A stretch of DNA of 32,000 nucleotides from an uncultured Chloroflexia bacterium (GTDB lineage Bacteria > Chloroflexota > Anaerolineae > Anaerolineales > Anaerolineaceae). The notes under the pieces were generated by a model. The model was not told the origin of the DNA. It made no database searches and was given only the letters and a program-made list of their open reading frames with translations. The stretch covers positions 3,000,001 through 3,032,000 of the forward strand of contig OY969938.1 in the NCBI GenBank assembly GCA_963704755.1. The letters run 5' to 3'. The stretch's first letter is position 1. Every line of letters begins with the position of its first letter. The position numbers were made by a program, and so were the translations under genes. Below, in pieces: positions 16,577 to 26,224 of the stretch.

Positions 16577-19003
16577 ATGCGAATACTAATTAGCGGGACG
16601 ATGTACCCGCCTGAATTGAACGGCCAGTCGGTGTTTACGGCGAACCTGGCGGAAGGAATGGCAGCGCGCGGCCATCGCGTGCGGGTACTGGTACCCGGTG
16701 CAGGCCGCCAGATTACCTATTCCATGCGCAACAACGTGGAGGTGGTCGAGTTACCTTCGCTCCATTTGCATATCGCTCACCAGGAGCTGAACCTGTCGCT
16801 GTTTACCGAACGGCCGGTGGCCGAACAATTCGACGATTTCCGGCCTGATGTCGTTCACGTACAGGATCCTTCTCCGCTGTGCCAATCCATTATCCATGAG
16901 GCGCACAGGCGCGGTGTTCCTGCGCTGGCTACCCATCACACCGGCCCGGAGATCACGGCGCCGTATTTTTCACTGGCCTCGGCCAGGGTGAAGAACGCAA
17001 TCGCCTGGATCGTCTGGAAAATGCTCCTGTTGTTCCTGAACAATGCCGACCAGGTTACGGTGCCTTCGAACAGCTCGGTGGCTATGCTGGATCAAAAAGG
17101 GCTGCGGAAAAGCGCAGTGCCCATATCTTGTGGGGTCCGCCTGGACAATTTCCACCCGGACGAACGCTTCCAGGCACTGCCCGCCTGCGAGGAGGTCCGC
17201 GAACGCTACGGCCTGAGCCCGGACAAGACCCTCCTGCTGTACGTGGGCCGGATCGATATCGAAAAACGCGTGGACGTACTGGTTAAAGCGATGGCATACC
17301 TGGCCAGCGACAATGTCGAGCTGGCCATCGCCGGTACCGGCGGGATGGAAGCCTCGGTAAAACACCAGATCGCGGAATTTCACCTGGAGAGGCGGGTGCA
17401 TTTGTTGGGCGGGGTACCGCACGAGGAATTGCCGGCGCTGCTCAACTGCGCCGATGTTTTTGCCATGCCGGGCGACGTCAAGTCGTTCAGCATTGCCACC
17501 CTGGAGGCTATGGCCTGTGGCAAGCCGGTCCTGGCGGCCAATTCTTCGGCGCTGCCTGAACTGGTTACCCATGGGGTAAACGGCTGCCTGTTCACGCCCG
17601 GCGACCCGCAGGATGCAGCCAGCCAGATCGAGCAGCTCATCCAGAACCGGGACCAATGGGAAACGATGGGCCAGGTCAGCATGGAGCGAGCCCGCCGTCA
17701 CCGCCTGGATGCGGTGATGGGCAAGTATGAACGAATTTATCAGGCCAGTGTCGCGAGCAAAGCACAACCGGTCGTCGCGCCGGCTACACCGCGGCCGCTG
17801 GCCGGCCTGTCTTTGAACCTTCATTACCCGGAATTCAACCGCAGGATGGCTTTTCGACCGCTGTCCTTTTTAGTGATCTTTGGGTTCTTATTATGTTCGA
17901 TGTTATTCAGCGCAGACAGCACTTACGCTGCTCCCAACCTGCCCAACCAGGATCTCAAGACGATCAACCTGACCAATATCACCAAACTGTTGGTCATCTC
18001 ACCGGATGACGACAGCAGTATCAAGAGCACAGGCGGGCTGATCCGCGCAGTGATTGACCAGGGCGGTCGGGTACAAATTTTAGTGCTGCCAGACAGCGCC
18101 CAGTCTGAAACAGACAGCAATGCTACCGGGACAACCCCGGGTGGAAAGCAAACCTCACGCGCGCTGAGTTCGGCGTTGCTTGACCTGGGCATTCCCCAGG
18201 AAATGGTCGATTACTTCAACGAGCCAGCGGCAGCCCCGGCTGCCGGCCAGAGCGATTCTGGTAAAAAGCTTTCTGGGGCAGGCAATATCGCCGCCCACTT
18301 GAGCCTGGCAAGCCTGGGCCTGACGGAAAAGAATTTTATGCGCCAGTTAGGCGCAATTTTGAAGGACTTTAAGCCGGACACGGTCCTGGTACCGGATACC
18401 CAGAAGCAGGGCAGCACCTCCACCTCGATCGACGACCTGACCCAATTTGCCCTGGCAGCCGGCTATCTGGACGAAAATAATTCCTCTTTCCCGATGTTGT
18501 TCGCCTATCTGGTGAAAGATAACCAAACCGACGAGACTTCGCCAGACGTGAACAGTGTGCCGGCCGAGGTGGTGGACGGGCAGGCTTCCGGCTGGTATCG
18601 TTTCCCGGCCAGTCAGGTGCAAAGCGTCCCCAGTTCCGATAGCACTGCCGTGACGGCCACACCGCCGGCCAGTCAGGGCGACAGCGAACTGTTCTACCAG
18701 GTACCGGTGATAACCCGGGATCTGCTGGACAAGAAGACAGCGGAGCCGTTAACCCTGGCAAAGGTGTGGGACAACAACCCGGTTGTGATCCGCCAGTTGC
18801 GGGTGGAAGACAGCACCTGTTACGCGCTGCAGGTCGCCGGTAGCACCACCAACCCAACCGATTCGGATGGGCACATCCTGGGAGCGTGTATGCAGAAGCA
18901 GCAGGTGGCGGGAGACCGCACGGCCTACTCGCTGGGTTTCTGGAACAGCGGCTCATCCGGAATGGACGTCTGGCGACTGGTATTGATGGCCAATAAAAAA
19001 TAA
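16577..19003 (+). CDS. GT4-family glycosyltransferase fused through one TM helix to a ~370-aa extracytoplasmic domain
   Basis: I place the start at the ATG at 16577 (MRILISGTMYPPELNGQS). Glycos_transf_1 region LLYVGRIDIEKRVDVLV ... EAMACGKPVLAANSSALPELV (EX7E). TM segment LSFLVIFGFLLCSMLF around aa 440. The distal domain contains LLVISPDDDSSIKSTGGLIRAVIDQGGRVQILVL, a degenerate PIG-L/LmbE-like motif. Confidence 0.8.
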   Translation: MRILISGTMYPPELNGQSVFTANLAEGMAARGHRVRVLVPGAGRQITYSMRNNVEVVELPSLHLHIAHQELNLSLFTERPVAEQFDDFRPDVVHVQDPSPLCQSIIHEAHRRGVPALATHHTGPEITAPYFSLASARVKNAIAWIVWKMLLLFLNNADQVTVPSNSSVAMLDQKGLRKSAVPISCGVRLDNFHPDERFQALPACEEVRERYGLSPDKTLLLYVGRIDIEKRVDVLVKAMAYLASDNVELAIAGTGGMEASVKHQIAEFHLERRVHLLGGVPHEELPALLNCADVFAMPGDVKSFSIATLEAMACGKPVLAANSSALPELVTHGVNGCLFTPGDPQDAASQIEQLIQNRDQWETMGQVSMERARRHRLDAVMGKYERIYQASVASKAQPVVAPATPRPLAGLSLNLHYPEFNRRMAFRPLSFLVIFGFLLCSMLFSADSTYAAPNLPNQDLKTINLTNITKLLVISPDDDSSIKSTGGLIRAVIDQGGRVQILVLPDSAQSETDSNATGTTPGGKQTSRALSSALLDLGIPQEMVDYFNEPAAAPAAGQSDSGKKLSGAGNIAAHLSLASLGLTEKNFMRQLGAILKDFKPDTVLVPDTQKQGSTSTSIDDLTQFALAAGYLDENNSSFPMLFAYLVKDNQTDETSPDVNSVPAEVVDGQASGWYRFPASQVQSVPSSDSTAVTATPPASQGDSELFYQVPVITRDLLDKKTAEPLTLAKVWDNNPVVIRQLRVEDSTCYALQVAGSTTNPTDSDGHILGACMQKQQVAGDRTAYSLGFWNSGSSGMDVWRLVLMANKK

Positions 19004-19024
19004 ATCGGCCGTTGGTAGAAGATT

Positions 19025-19077
19025 CCGAATTTAAACAATTTGCGGTGGCATTGCCACCGCAAATTGTTTAAATTCGG
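19025..19077 (+). terminator. 53-nt near-perfect palindrome downstream of the GT4 fusion gene (putative terminator)
   Basis: ccgaatttaaacaatttgcggtggca-t-tgccaccgcaaattgtttaaattcgg, 22 nt after the TAA stop. A T-run (gtgttttttt) follows about 15 nt later. Confidence 0.55.
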
Positions 19078-19312
19078 ATAGGTTTAAAAGGTGTTTTTTT
19101 GCAATTTTTAGCCAAATTTTATAAAGAGATTTTCTATCTGACCGGTATACAGAAAAAATAGGCATTATAATTGGACACCAACAGCCGTAATGTTTGAACA
19201 ATGCCGAAACGGTTTGGGAATACCCCCCAGGGGAATTCATTTTACGGGGTAAACAGGGATAACCTGACTATTTTCTCCCGAGCATCATCCACCATTGAAC
19301 GAGGTCGTTTGA

Positions 19313-20308
19313 ATGTCAGAATTGCTCAATGTACAAGGCCTGGAAACACAGTTTAATACCAGAGAGGGAATGGTCCATGCCGTTAACGGCGTTTCCTTCA
19401 AGCTGGACGAGGGGGAGACTTTAGGCATCGTAGGCGAAAGCGGCTGCGGGAAGAGCGTAACCGTCATGTCTATGCTGCGCCTGATCCCAACACCACCGGG
19501 AAAAATCGTCGCCGGTCAGGCTTTTTTTCAAGGCAAAGACCTGTTAAAAATGTCGGACGATGAGATTCGCCAGGTACGCGGTTCTCAGATCAGCGTGGTT
19601 TTCCAGGACCCGATGACTTCATTTAATCCGGTCATGACAATCGGCCGCCAGGTGGCCGAGCCGCTGGAAGTCCACCTGGGGATGAAACCCAAAGAGGCCG
19701 AACAGCGGGTGATCGAAATGCTGACCAAAGTGGGCATTCCTAATCCGGCCGACCGGTTGGACAATTACCCGCACCAGTTTTCGGGCGGTATGCGCCAGCG
19801 GGTGATGATTGCTATGGCATTGGTCTGCGCACCGCAGTTGCTGATTGCCGACGAACCAACCACCGCCCTGGATGTGACCATTCAGGCTCAAATCGTGGAG
19901 TTGGTCAAACGTCTGCGGGATGACCTGGGAATGGGCATCATCTGGATCACCCATGACCTGGGCGTGATCGCCGGGCTGGCCGATCGCCTGGCGGTGATGT
20001 ACGGCGGTTTCATCGTCGAAACTTCGACGGTGGGCGATCTTTACCACCACCCCTCCCATCCGTATACCCTGGGACTGTTGGGCAGCCTGCCCCGGGTGGA
20101 TAAAGGCGTCAATCAGCGCCTGGTATCCATCGAAGGGCTGCCGCCGGTCTTGTTGCAAAAGCCTCATTTTTGCCCGTTTGCCCCCCGCTGTAGTTATGTA
20201 CGCGAGCGTTGTTGGAATGAAAATCCGCCTTTGATTGAGGTGGAACCCGACCACTATTCAGCCTGCTGGGTAGAGCCTGAAACCGGGAGAGAACGTGATG
20301 CCATCTGA
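19313..20308 (+). CDS. Oligopeptide/dipeptide ABC transporter ATP-binding protein, OppD/DppD type
   Basis: Walker A GESGCGKS, signature FSGGMRQR, Walker [14 protein letters not shown]-loop ITHDL. C-terminal oligopeptide-transporter extension with Cys residues (CPFAPRC...C). Confidence 0.9.
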   Translation: MSELLNVQGLETQFNTREGMVHAVNGVSFKLDEGETLGIVGESGCGKSVTVMSMLRLIPTPPGKIVAGQAFFQGKDLLKMSDDEIRQVRGSQISVVFQDPMTSFNPVMTIGRQVAEPLEVHLGMKPKEAEQRVIEMLTKVGIPNPADRLDNYPHQFSGGMRQRVMIAMALVCAPQLLIADEPTTALDVTIQAQIVELVKRLRDDLGMGIIWITHDLGVIAGLADRLAVMYGGFIVETSTVGDLYHHPSHPYTLGLLGSLPRVDKGVNQRLVSIEGLPPVLLQKPHFCPFAPRCSYVRERCWNENPPLIEVEPDHYSACWVEPETGRERDAI

Positions 20309-21278
20309 TGAAGCCATCCTGAGGGTCGAAAACCTGGTCAAATATTTTCCGATCTTGCAGGGGATCATTTTCCAGCGTGAGGTCGGGGCAGTCCATGCCG
20401 TGGACGATGTGTCTTTCGATGTTGTTCGGGGGGAAACTTTAGGTCTGGTGGGCGAATCGGGCTGCGGCAAATCGACGACCGGACGGGTGATCTTGCAGCT
20501 TTACCGGCCAACTTCCGGGAATGTCTATTTCGATGGGACCAACCTGGTCACGCTTCAAGGCGAAGCCCTGCGAAAAATGCGCAAACGCATGCAGATGATC
20601 TTCCAGGATCCGTATGCCAGCCTGAACCCACGCATGACCGTCGGACAGATCATTGGCGAACCCATGTTCATTCACGAGTCGATGAGCCGCAAGGATGTTA
20701 AGGAAAAAGCCGAGAACCTGCTGCAACTGGTGGGGCTGAACCCGGCTTACACCTCGCGTTACCCGCACGAATTTTCGGGGGGCCAGCGCCAGCGGATTGG
20801 CATTGCCCGGGCCCTGGCGCTCAACCCGGACCTGATTGTGTGTGATGAGCCGATCTCGGCCCTGGATGTTTCGGTGCAGGCCCAGGTGGTCAACCTGCTC
20901 GAGGATCTGCAAGCCCAGTTCAACCTGACCTACGTATTTATTGCGCACGACCTATCGATGGTGCGACATATCAGCAGCCGGGTAGCCGTGATGTACCTGG
21001 GCGTCATCGTGGAGTTAGCCGCGCGCGATGAGCTCTACGAGCATCCGCTGCATCCGTATACTCAGGCGCTCATGTCGGCCGTGCCCATCCCGGACCCGAC
21101 CGTCGAAAACCGGCGCCAGCGTACCATCCTGGTGGGCGACGTGCCCTCCCCGATCAACCCGCCTTCGGGCTGCCGTTTCCGTACCCGCTGCCCGCTGGCC
21201 GACAAAATTTGCGCCGAACAACGCCCCGAATTCCGCGAGCTCGCCCCCGGCCATTGGGTGGCCTGCCACATGGTGTAG
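20298..21278 (+). CDS. Oligopeptide/dipeptide ABC transporter ATP-binding protein, OppF/DppF type
   Basis: [41 protein letters not shown], and C-terminal [14 protein letters not shown]. The start overlaps the upstream stop (GTG 20295 or ATG 20298). Confidence 0.9.
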   Translation: MPSDEAILRVENLVKYFPILQGIIFQREVGAVHAVDDVSFDVVRGETLGLVGESGCGKSTTGRVILQLYRPTSGNVYFDGTNLVTLQGEALRKMRKRMQMIFQDPYASLNPRMTVGQIIGEPMFIHESMSRKDVKEKAENLLQLVGLNPAYTSRYPHEFSGGQRQRIGIARALALNPDLIVCDEPISALDVSVQAQVVNLLEDLQAQFNLTYVFIAHDLSMVRHISSRVAVMYLGVIVELAARDELYEHPLHPYTQALMSAVPIPDPTVENRRQRTILVGDVPSPINPPSGCRFRTRCPLADKICAEQRPEFRELAPGHWVACHMV

Positions 21279-21284
21279 GGGAGA

Positions 21285-21795
21285 TAGCTTTTAGCGTTTA
21301 GCTGTTAGCTTGTCGGTTGGGTTGCGAGCTATTTTATGGCGCTCGGATATCGAGCGACATCTGGTTTACCGGGCCGTACCCGTAACCCAACGGGGTTAAA
21401 ACGGCTTAGGGCTCTCCCTCACCCCAACCCCTCTCCCAGAAACGGGAGAGGGGCAAGAATGGCGACCAGGGTCGCGGCAACAAATACACAAAGCCCCGCC
21501 TATGCAGGGCTTAATCTCGCCGGCATTAAATTGAATATCGATCTGTAGGTTGGGTTCGGGATCGTCAATAATGATGGCCGGGGACTATGGTGTTAATCGG
21601 CAATGGCCTTGCCCGAACCCAACGTCGCGTTTGGCCATCGTGAATGTTGGGTTACGGGCAAGGCCTGGTAAAACGGAATTGTTTGCTGGCCCCGGCGTCA
21701 TAAAAAAGCCCGCAACCCAACCTACAGGCTGTTGGTTCAGCTACCCCCCGGCTTTCAAAGCCGGGCTACAAGCTAAAAGCTAACCGCTAATCGCT
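21285..21795. repeat. Composite of several of the window's repeat families in one intergenic block
   Basis: - TTAGC tract + gtcggttgggttgcgagc...cccgtaacccaac (21308-21392).
- ccctctcccagaaacgggagaggg hairpin (about 21428-21452).
- Inverted copy of the gcgacc/ggggc module (21460-21520).
- ctGTAGgttgggttcggg...gcccgaacccaac...gttgggttacgggc...gcccgcaacccaacCTACag (21544-21730).
- CTACcccccggctttcaaagccgggCTAC (21741-21770). Confidence 0.9.
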
Positions 21796-21799
21796 CTCA

Positions 21800-22615
21800 T
21801 CACGGTGTCGCCGTGGGACCGGGGGTGTTGGTGGGTACGAGGTTCGGGTCGATGGACCACACGTCCAGGTTGCTGAAATTGATCGTTTCGGGAGAGGAGC
21901 CGCCGGTCCGGGCGAAAACGCCGATTAATCCGCTGCTAAAGACCGGGTCGCTGGTGCGGAACTGCTCATTGCCTTCGATATAAAAGCGCATTTCCTGGCC
22001 ATACATCCACACGCCCAGGTGAACTGTCACCGGCGCGCCTTCGCGAATATCCCCCGAGGGCAGCCAGTCTTGCAACAGGACGATGTAGCCATTTTGCAGG
22101 CGTTCCAGGCGGGTTTGCCCGTCGCAGGTGACTACCCAGCGGTAACCGTTATAGGCATCCGTGGCCCGCAGCAGCAGGCCATAGCTATCCGAATCGCGGC
22201 ACAGGCTGGGACTGGCGGTGATTTCCAGGTAAAAATTGCCCAGTTCCGGTGCGCTGCGCATGCTGTTCAGCAGCGTCTTTTCGCCGGTAATAGCCAGGGT
22301 AAATTCGTTTTTGCCAAAGGCGGCACTGCCCGATGAAACCAGGATCTTTTCCCAGGCGCGGGTATCGCTGAAATCGTCGTGGAGCAGCGAACTGGACTTT
22401 CCCAGCGACAGGGTCGGTTGTGCGGTCGGCGACTGGATGGGTATCCGGGTGGGCGTAGCCGTCATGGGGAACCAGTCGATGGTGGCCGTGGGCGGTAGAG
22501 AGGTGGCCGGGCTGGCTGTGGGTTCAAGCGGGGTCGGGGATGTGGCCTGTAAAGGCGCACATGCCGATACCCCTACACAGAAAACGATCAAAAGCCAGGC
22601 CAGGCATACTTTCAT
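21800..22615 (-). CDS. Putative secreted lipoprotein with a Pro/Thr-rich linker and a beta-rich domain (function unknown)
   Basis: Signal peptide with a lipobox-like VGVSAC. Then a P/T/S-rich ~50-aa linker, then a ~190-aa domain rich in aromatic and Gly residues. The ATG overlaps the purA stop (ATGA). Confidence 0.6.
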   Translation of the reverse strand: MKVCLAWLLIVFCVGVSACAPLQATSPTPLEPTASPATSLPPTATIDWFPMTATPTRIPIQSPTAQPTLSLGKSSSLLHDDFSDTRAWEKILVSSGSAAFGKNEFTLAITGEKTLLNSMRSAPELGNFYLEITASPSLCRDSDSYGLLLRATDAYNGYRWVVTCDGQTRLERLQNGYIVLLQDWLPSGDIREGAPVTVHLGVWMYGQEMRFYIEGNEQFRTSDPVFSSGLIGVFARTGGSSPETINFSNLDVWSIDPNLVPTNTPGPTATP

Positions 22616-23907
22616 ACAGGAACTTCGACGATCTGTTCGCGTTCAGGCCCCACCGATACGTGCCTTACCGGCACACCGCAGAATTTGCTGATGTAATTGA
22701 CGTAGGTCTGGGCTGCCACGGGAAGATCTTCCCAATGCCGTACGCCGGAAATATCTTCTTCCCAACCGGCCAGCTCTTCGTAGACCGGCTCGAAGGGGGT
22801 CAGGTTAGCCGGTCCCATAGGCAGGTCATGGACCACCTCTTCGCCCAACTGGTAGGCCACGCACACGCGCAAATTGGAAAGCCCGCTGAGAATATCCATC
22901 TTGGTCATCACCAGCTCATTCACCCCATTGACCCGCAGTGCGTAGCGCAGCAGGACGCCATCCAGCCAGCCCACCCGCCGCGGGCGGCCGGTGGTGGTGC
23001 CAAACTCGTCCCAGGGGTTCTGGCCGGTACCGCGCAGCCGTTCGGCGGTTTTTCCCAGCACTTCGGTGGGGAAGGGCCCCGCGCCGACGCGCGTCTGGAA
23101 GGCTTTGGTCACGCCGATCACCCGGCTGGCCGGGACGATGCCCAGCCCCAGGCCGGCAAATACACCGGCGGCCGTCGTCGTCGAACTGGTCACAAAGGGG
23201 TACGTACCGTGGTCCAGGTCGAGCAGTGTCCCCTGGGCGCCTTCGGCCAGCACCCGTTTGCCCTCTTGCAAGCCCTGCCAGACCAGTTGGCCGGCGTCGC
23301 CAATGTAGGGCAGGATGTGGTTGGCATATTTCAAATATTCGCGCGCAATCGCGTTGGTATCCAGAGCGTCGGTGTGATAAGTATTCACCAGGATGGCGTT
23401 GACTTCATCGATGTGATGCTGCATTTTGCCAACGAAACCGACTGTATCCAGCATATCCTCCATGCGCAGCCCATTTCGGGACACTTTGCCGGTATAGGCC
23501 GGGCCGATCCCGCGGCCGGTCGTGCCGATCTGGCCCTGCCCGCGGGCAGATTCTTCGGCGTGGTCCAGGGCACGGTGACCGGGAGTAATCAGGTGGGTTG
23601 CGTAGGATATTTGCAGGCGCTTGGGAGAAACGTCGACCCCTGCGTTTTGGAGCATGTCGATCTCGGCCAAAAAGGTGGCCGGGTTAAAGACCATACCGTT
23701 TCCCAAAACCCCAAAGGTGTGCGGGTGAATGATGCCAGAAGGAATCAGGTGCAGTTTGAAGGTTTTTGTCCCCACCGTGACGGTGTGCCCGGCGTTGTCG
23801 CCACCGTTGAAGCGGGCCACGAAATCGGCCTGAGCGGCGAACAGGTCCACGATGCGACCTTTGCCCTCATCCCCCCATTGTGTTCCAATTACGATATCCA
23901 GAGGCAT
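22612..23907 (-). CDS. purA: Adenylosuccinate synthetase
   Basis: N-terminal GTQWGDEGKGRIVD P-loop, GGDNAGHTV, GTTGRGIGPAY and TKMDIL motifs. 431 aa. AGGAGG RBS. Confidence 0.95.
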   Translation of the reverse strand: MPLDIVIGTQWGDEGKGRIVDLFAAQADFVARFNGGDNAGHTVTVGTKTFKLHLIPSGIIHPHTFGVLGNGMVFNPATFLAEIDMLQNAGVDVSPKRLQISYATHLITPGHRALDHAEESARGQGQIGTTGRGIGPAYTGKVSRNGLRMEDMLDTVGFVGKMQHHIDEVNAILVNTYHTDALDTNAIAREYLKYANHILPYIGDAGQLVWQGLQEGKRVLAEGAQGTLLDLDHGTYPFVTSSTTTAAGVFAGLGLGIVPASRVIGVTKAFQTRVGAGPFPTEVLGKTAERLRGTGQNPWDEFGTTTGRPRRVGWLDGVLLRYALRVNGVNELVMTKMDILSGLSNLRVCVAYQLGEEVVHDLPMGPANLTPFEPVYEELAGWEEDISGVRHWEDLPVAAQTYVNYISKFCGVPVRHVSVGPEREQIVEVPV

Positions 23908-24135
23908 GAATTCCTCCTAAAATCAGGTTAGATGTAGTTATGTAACGATATTAGGTTTCTTGGGATTTGTTCAAAATCCACCCGCGTTCGCATAAAAACG
24001 GGCGGGGCGGTAATCTTCAACTCCCCACATTGAACCTGTGAGTTTATTAATTATACATCGGCGAAACGACCAATTTCATTTACGACGCGCCGCGATGATA
24101 TCCATGGCAGAAATCAGGAAATATGTCACGTTGGT

Positions 24136-24290
24136 AGGAGCGGATAGCGGTTAGCCTGTAGGTTGGGTCGCGGGCTCTTTCATAACGCCGGCGTATGGAA
24201 AGGACTTCGTTTTACCGGGCATTGCCCGTAACCCAACGGGATTCGGACGGCTCATCCCCTGGCCCCTTCCCCCAGAACGGGGGAAGGGGA
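24136..24290. repeat. Solo GTAG-footed long-loop repeat plus a cccttccccc/gggggaaggg hairpin
   Basis: gcggatagcggttagcctGTAGgttgggtcgcgggc-(~50 nt)-gcccgtaacccaac (24136-24237), then cccttcccccagaacgggggaaggg (about 24264-24288). These are the same families as at 6589 and 21428. Confidence 0.8.
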
Positions 24291-24350
24291 ATCATCACTT
24301 TTAACCCATGGCCTGGACAAAACCCATGCAAATGGGCAGCGAAAAAAGGA

Positions 24351-24359
24351 TGTTATAAT
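24351..24359 (+). promoter_or_regulatory. Possible extended -10 element (TGtTATAAT) for the LysM gene
   Basis: tgttataat lies 21 nt upstream of the ATG at 24380. No good -35 element or SD is visible, so this is only a sequence match. Confidence 0.3.
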
Positions 24360-24379
24360 CCCTTGAAAGGGTACTCTCT

Positions 24380-25162
24380 ATGCATAAACGCAGCTTCGTA
24401 ATCTTGACAACCGTTGCCGGATTGTTGGGAATTCTTTTTTTGCTAGGTCTACCCCAGGGAGTTTCCCCGCAAGCGCAAATCGTATACCAGACACCTACGG
24501 CGAACGCCGATGGACTCATACAGTACACGGTCAAAGCAGGGGATACCTGCATTAGCATCTCACTGCTTAATCAGATAGACCTGAATGAATTGCGCCTGTT
24601 GAACAACCTGGATGAAAACTGCAGTTTAAATGCGGGCCAAAAACTGTTGCTCGCCACCGTTTCTCCCCAATCTTCCTCCGCGGCGGTTACCCCCTCGCCG
24701 ACCGCTCCGCTTCAATCGCCTACCCCCTTCGAGGGCAATGCCATGGTTTGCGTTGCGCTTTTCAATGACGTCAACGGAAATGCGATGGCCGATACGGATG
24801 AAACAGCCTTGCCTGGTGGGGTGATCAGCCTCACCGACCGGACCGGCCAGGTCTCGCTGACCGGCAATACCTCCGACAGCCTGGCTGAACCCACCTGTTT
24901 CAAGGATATCAAAGAGGGTGACTATAATATCAGCGTAGCCGTGCCCGAAGGCTATAATGCCACGACTCAGTTGAACCAGGCGCTGACCCTGGCGGCCGGC
25001 GACACGACCACGATCGATTTTGGCGCCCAGTTGAGCTCGCAAGCCGCCCCGACGCCGGTTTCGGAAGGTGGCCGTTCCCCCATTCTGGCGATCCTGGGCG
25101 GGTTGGTCATCCTGGCCGGATTGGGAATCGGGATTTATGCACGCCTGTTCAACCGGCGTTGA
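24380..25162 (+). CDS. LysM-domain protein with N-terminal signal/anchor, a beta-sandwich-like middle domain and a C-terminal TM helix
   Basis: LysM motif YTVKAGDTCISISLLNQIDLNELRLLNNL...LNAGQKLLL. S/P/T linker. FNDVNGNAMADTDE... resembles SdrD-B/Cna-type folds. C-terminal ILAILGGLVILAGLGIGIYARLF. Confidence 0.75.
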   Translation: MHKRSFVILTTVAGLLGILFLLGLPQGVSPQAQIVYQTPTANADGLIQYTVKAGDTCISISLLNQIDLNELRLLNNLDENCSLNAGQKLLLATVSPQSSSAAVTPSPTAPLQSPTPFEGNAMVCVALFNDVNGNAMADTDETALPGGVISLTDRTGQVSLTGNTSDSLAEPTCFKDIKEGDYNISVAVPEGYNATTQLNQALTLAAGDTTTIDFGAQLSSQAAPTPVSEGGRSPILAILGGLVILAGLGIGIYARLFNRR

Positions 25163-25246
25163 AAATTATTTTTTCTCGTATTGGCAATAACCTGCCCTGG
25201 CCTGGCGCCAGGGTAAGGATCTCTTCACGATTAATGGTACGCAGGT

Positions 25247-25633
25247 ATGTGCCCTGAAATTTCTGCCGATAGCAGTGAAAGAGTCCGGATTGTGCACATC
25301 ACGGCCGGCCAGCCGCCGTTTCAGGTGGAGGCCAACGTGATGGGCCTGGGGGAAGAGTTTGTGATCACTGCCGGTGACCGGCCGGGCGGCTGCCGTTCGG
25401 TGGCTACCGCGGCCAGTACCTCGCAGGGCATCGATCTGCAACTGCTAACGCCCTCCGGGGTTGTCCTCGACCAACTGGCCAGCGAAGCTGCCTGTCAGTT
25501 AGCCGGCGATTTGAATGCCACGGTGACTTTCTCGTTGGGCCTGACGGTGGATGAGCTGCCGCCCGACGACCAGGATTTGCTCCAGGCCAGCCTGCGCCGC
25601 CTGGTGCGGGAAATCCGCACTTCTTTGCAATAA
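25247..25633 (+). CDS. Hypothetical protein (128 aa)
   Basis: Codon usage looks gene-like and the ORF fills the gap before a convergent hairpin. I cannot name a confident family, and the start codon is uncertain. Confidence 0.4.
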   Translation: MCPEISADSSERVRIVHITAGQPPFQVEANVMGLGEEFVITAGDRPGGCRSVATAASTSQGIDLQLLTPSGVVLDQLASEAACQLAGDLNATVTFSLGLTVDELPPDDQDLLQASLRRLVREIRTSLQ

Positions 25634-25655
25634 GCCATTGTATTCACGAAAAAGC

Positions 25656-25700
25656 CCCAATTGAGACTGGTGCGGCTTCACGGCCCCAGTCTCAATTGGG
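25656..25700. terminator. Hairpin between convergent genes (putative bidirectional terminator)
   Basis: cccaattgagactgg-(15 nt)-ccagtctcaattggg. It lies between stops at 25633 (+) and 25712 (-). Confidence 0.55.
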
Positions 25701-25711
25701 AAATCAACCCA

Positions 25712-26224
25712 TTACCAATGTTCGCGATGGACGATATCGGCGAAGGCGTTACGCCCGCCTTTGCGCGCCGGCCGATTGGGTTGTTCTGGGGCCAGCGGGT
25801 AGCCAAAGGATAAGGCCACCCGGATGTGCCATTCCGGCGGGAAGCCGAGCAGTTCTCTGGCCTGCTCGTATTCGTAAATCGTAGCCGGGCAGGAGCCGAT
25901 CCCAAGCTCCCAGGCTGCCAGTTGCATGTAAGCGGCCGCCTGGCCGGCATCGAACATCACGCTGAAGCGGCTGGCCGGATCGGGGGTGAGAATAGCCACC
26001 ACCAGCGCCGCGTTGGCCATGTGCCCGCCGTAACGGCCCAGGTGCGAAAGCGCTTCGCGTGTGCTGGCATCGGTAATGGTGATGAATTGCCAGGGCTGGG
26101 AATTTTTGGAGGACTGCGCCAGCCTTCCGGCGTTCAGAATAGTTTGGGTCTCTTCGGCGGTTAATGGGCGCTGCTGGAATTCTCGGACCGCCTTTTTGGT
26201 GTGAATTGCATCGGATACATTCAT
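25712..26224 (-). CDS. Nitroreductase-family flavoprotein
   Basis: AIHTKKAVREFQQRPLTAEETQTILNAGRLAQSSKNSQPWQFITI is the canonical N-terminal nitroreductase signature. 170 aa. Confidence 0.8.
   Translation of the reverse strand: MNVSDAIHTKKAVREFQQRPLTAEETQTILNAGRLAQSSKNSQPWQFITITDASTREALSHLGRYGGHMANAALVVAILTPDPASRFSVMFDAGQAAAYMQLAAWELGIGSCPATIYEYEQARELLGFPPEWHIRVALSFGYPLAPEQPNRPARKGGRNAFADIVHREHW

Noticed and set aside
22540-23931. Long ORFs antisense to real genes (22540-23931 opposite purA; also 1629-2411, 5337-6356, 9263-10303, 10643-11401, 16970-17824, 19619-20254)
   Set aside because: These are typical high-GC shadow ORFs. Their translations are low-complexity, rich in Arg, Gly, Ala, His, Val and Gln, with no motifs. 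Each is fully covered by an opposite-strand gene with strong family signatures.
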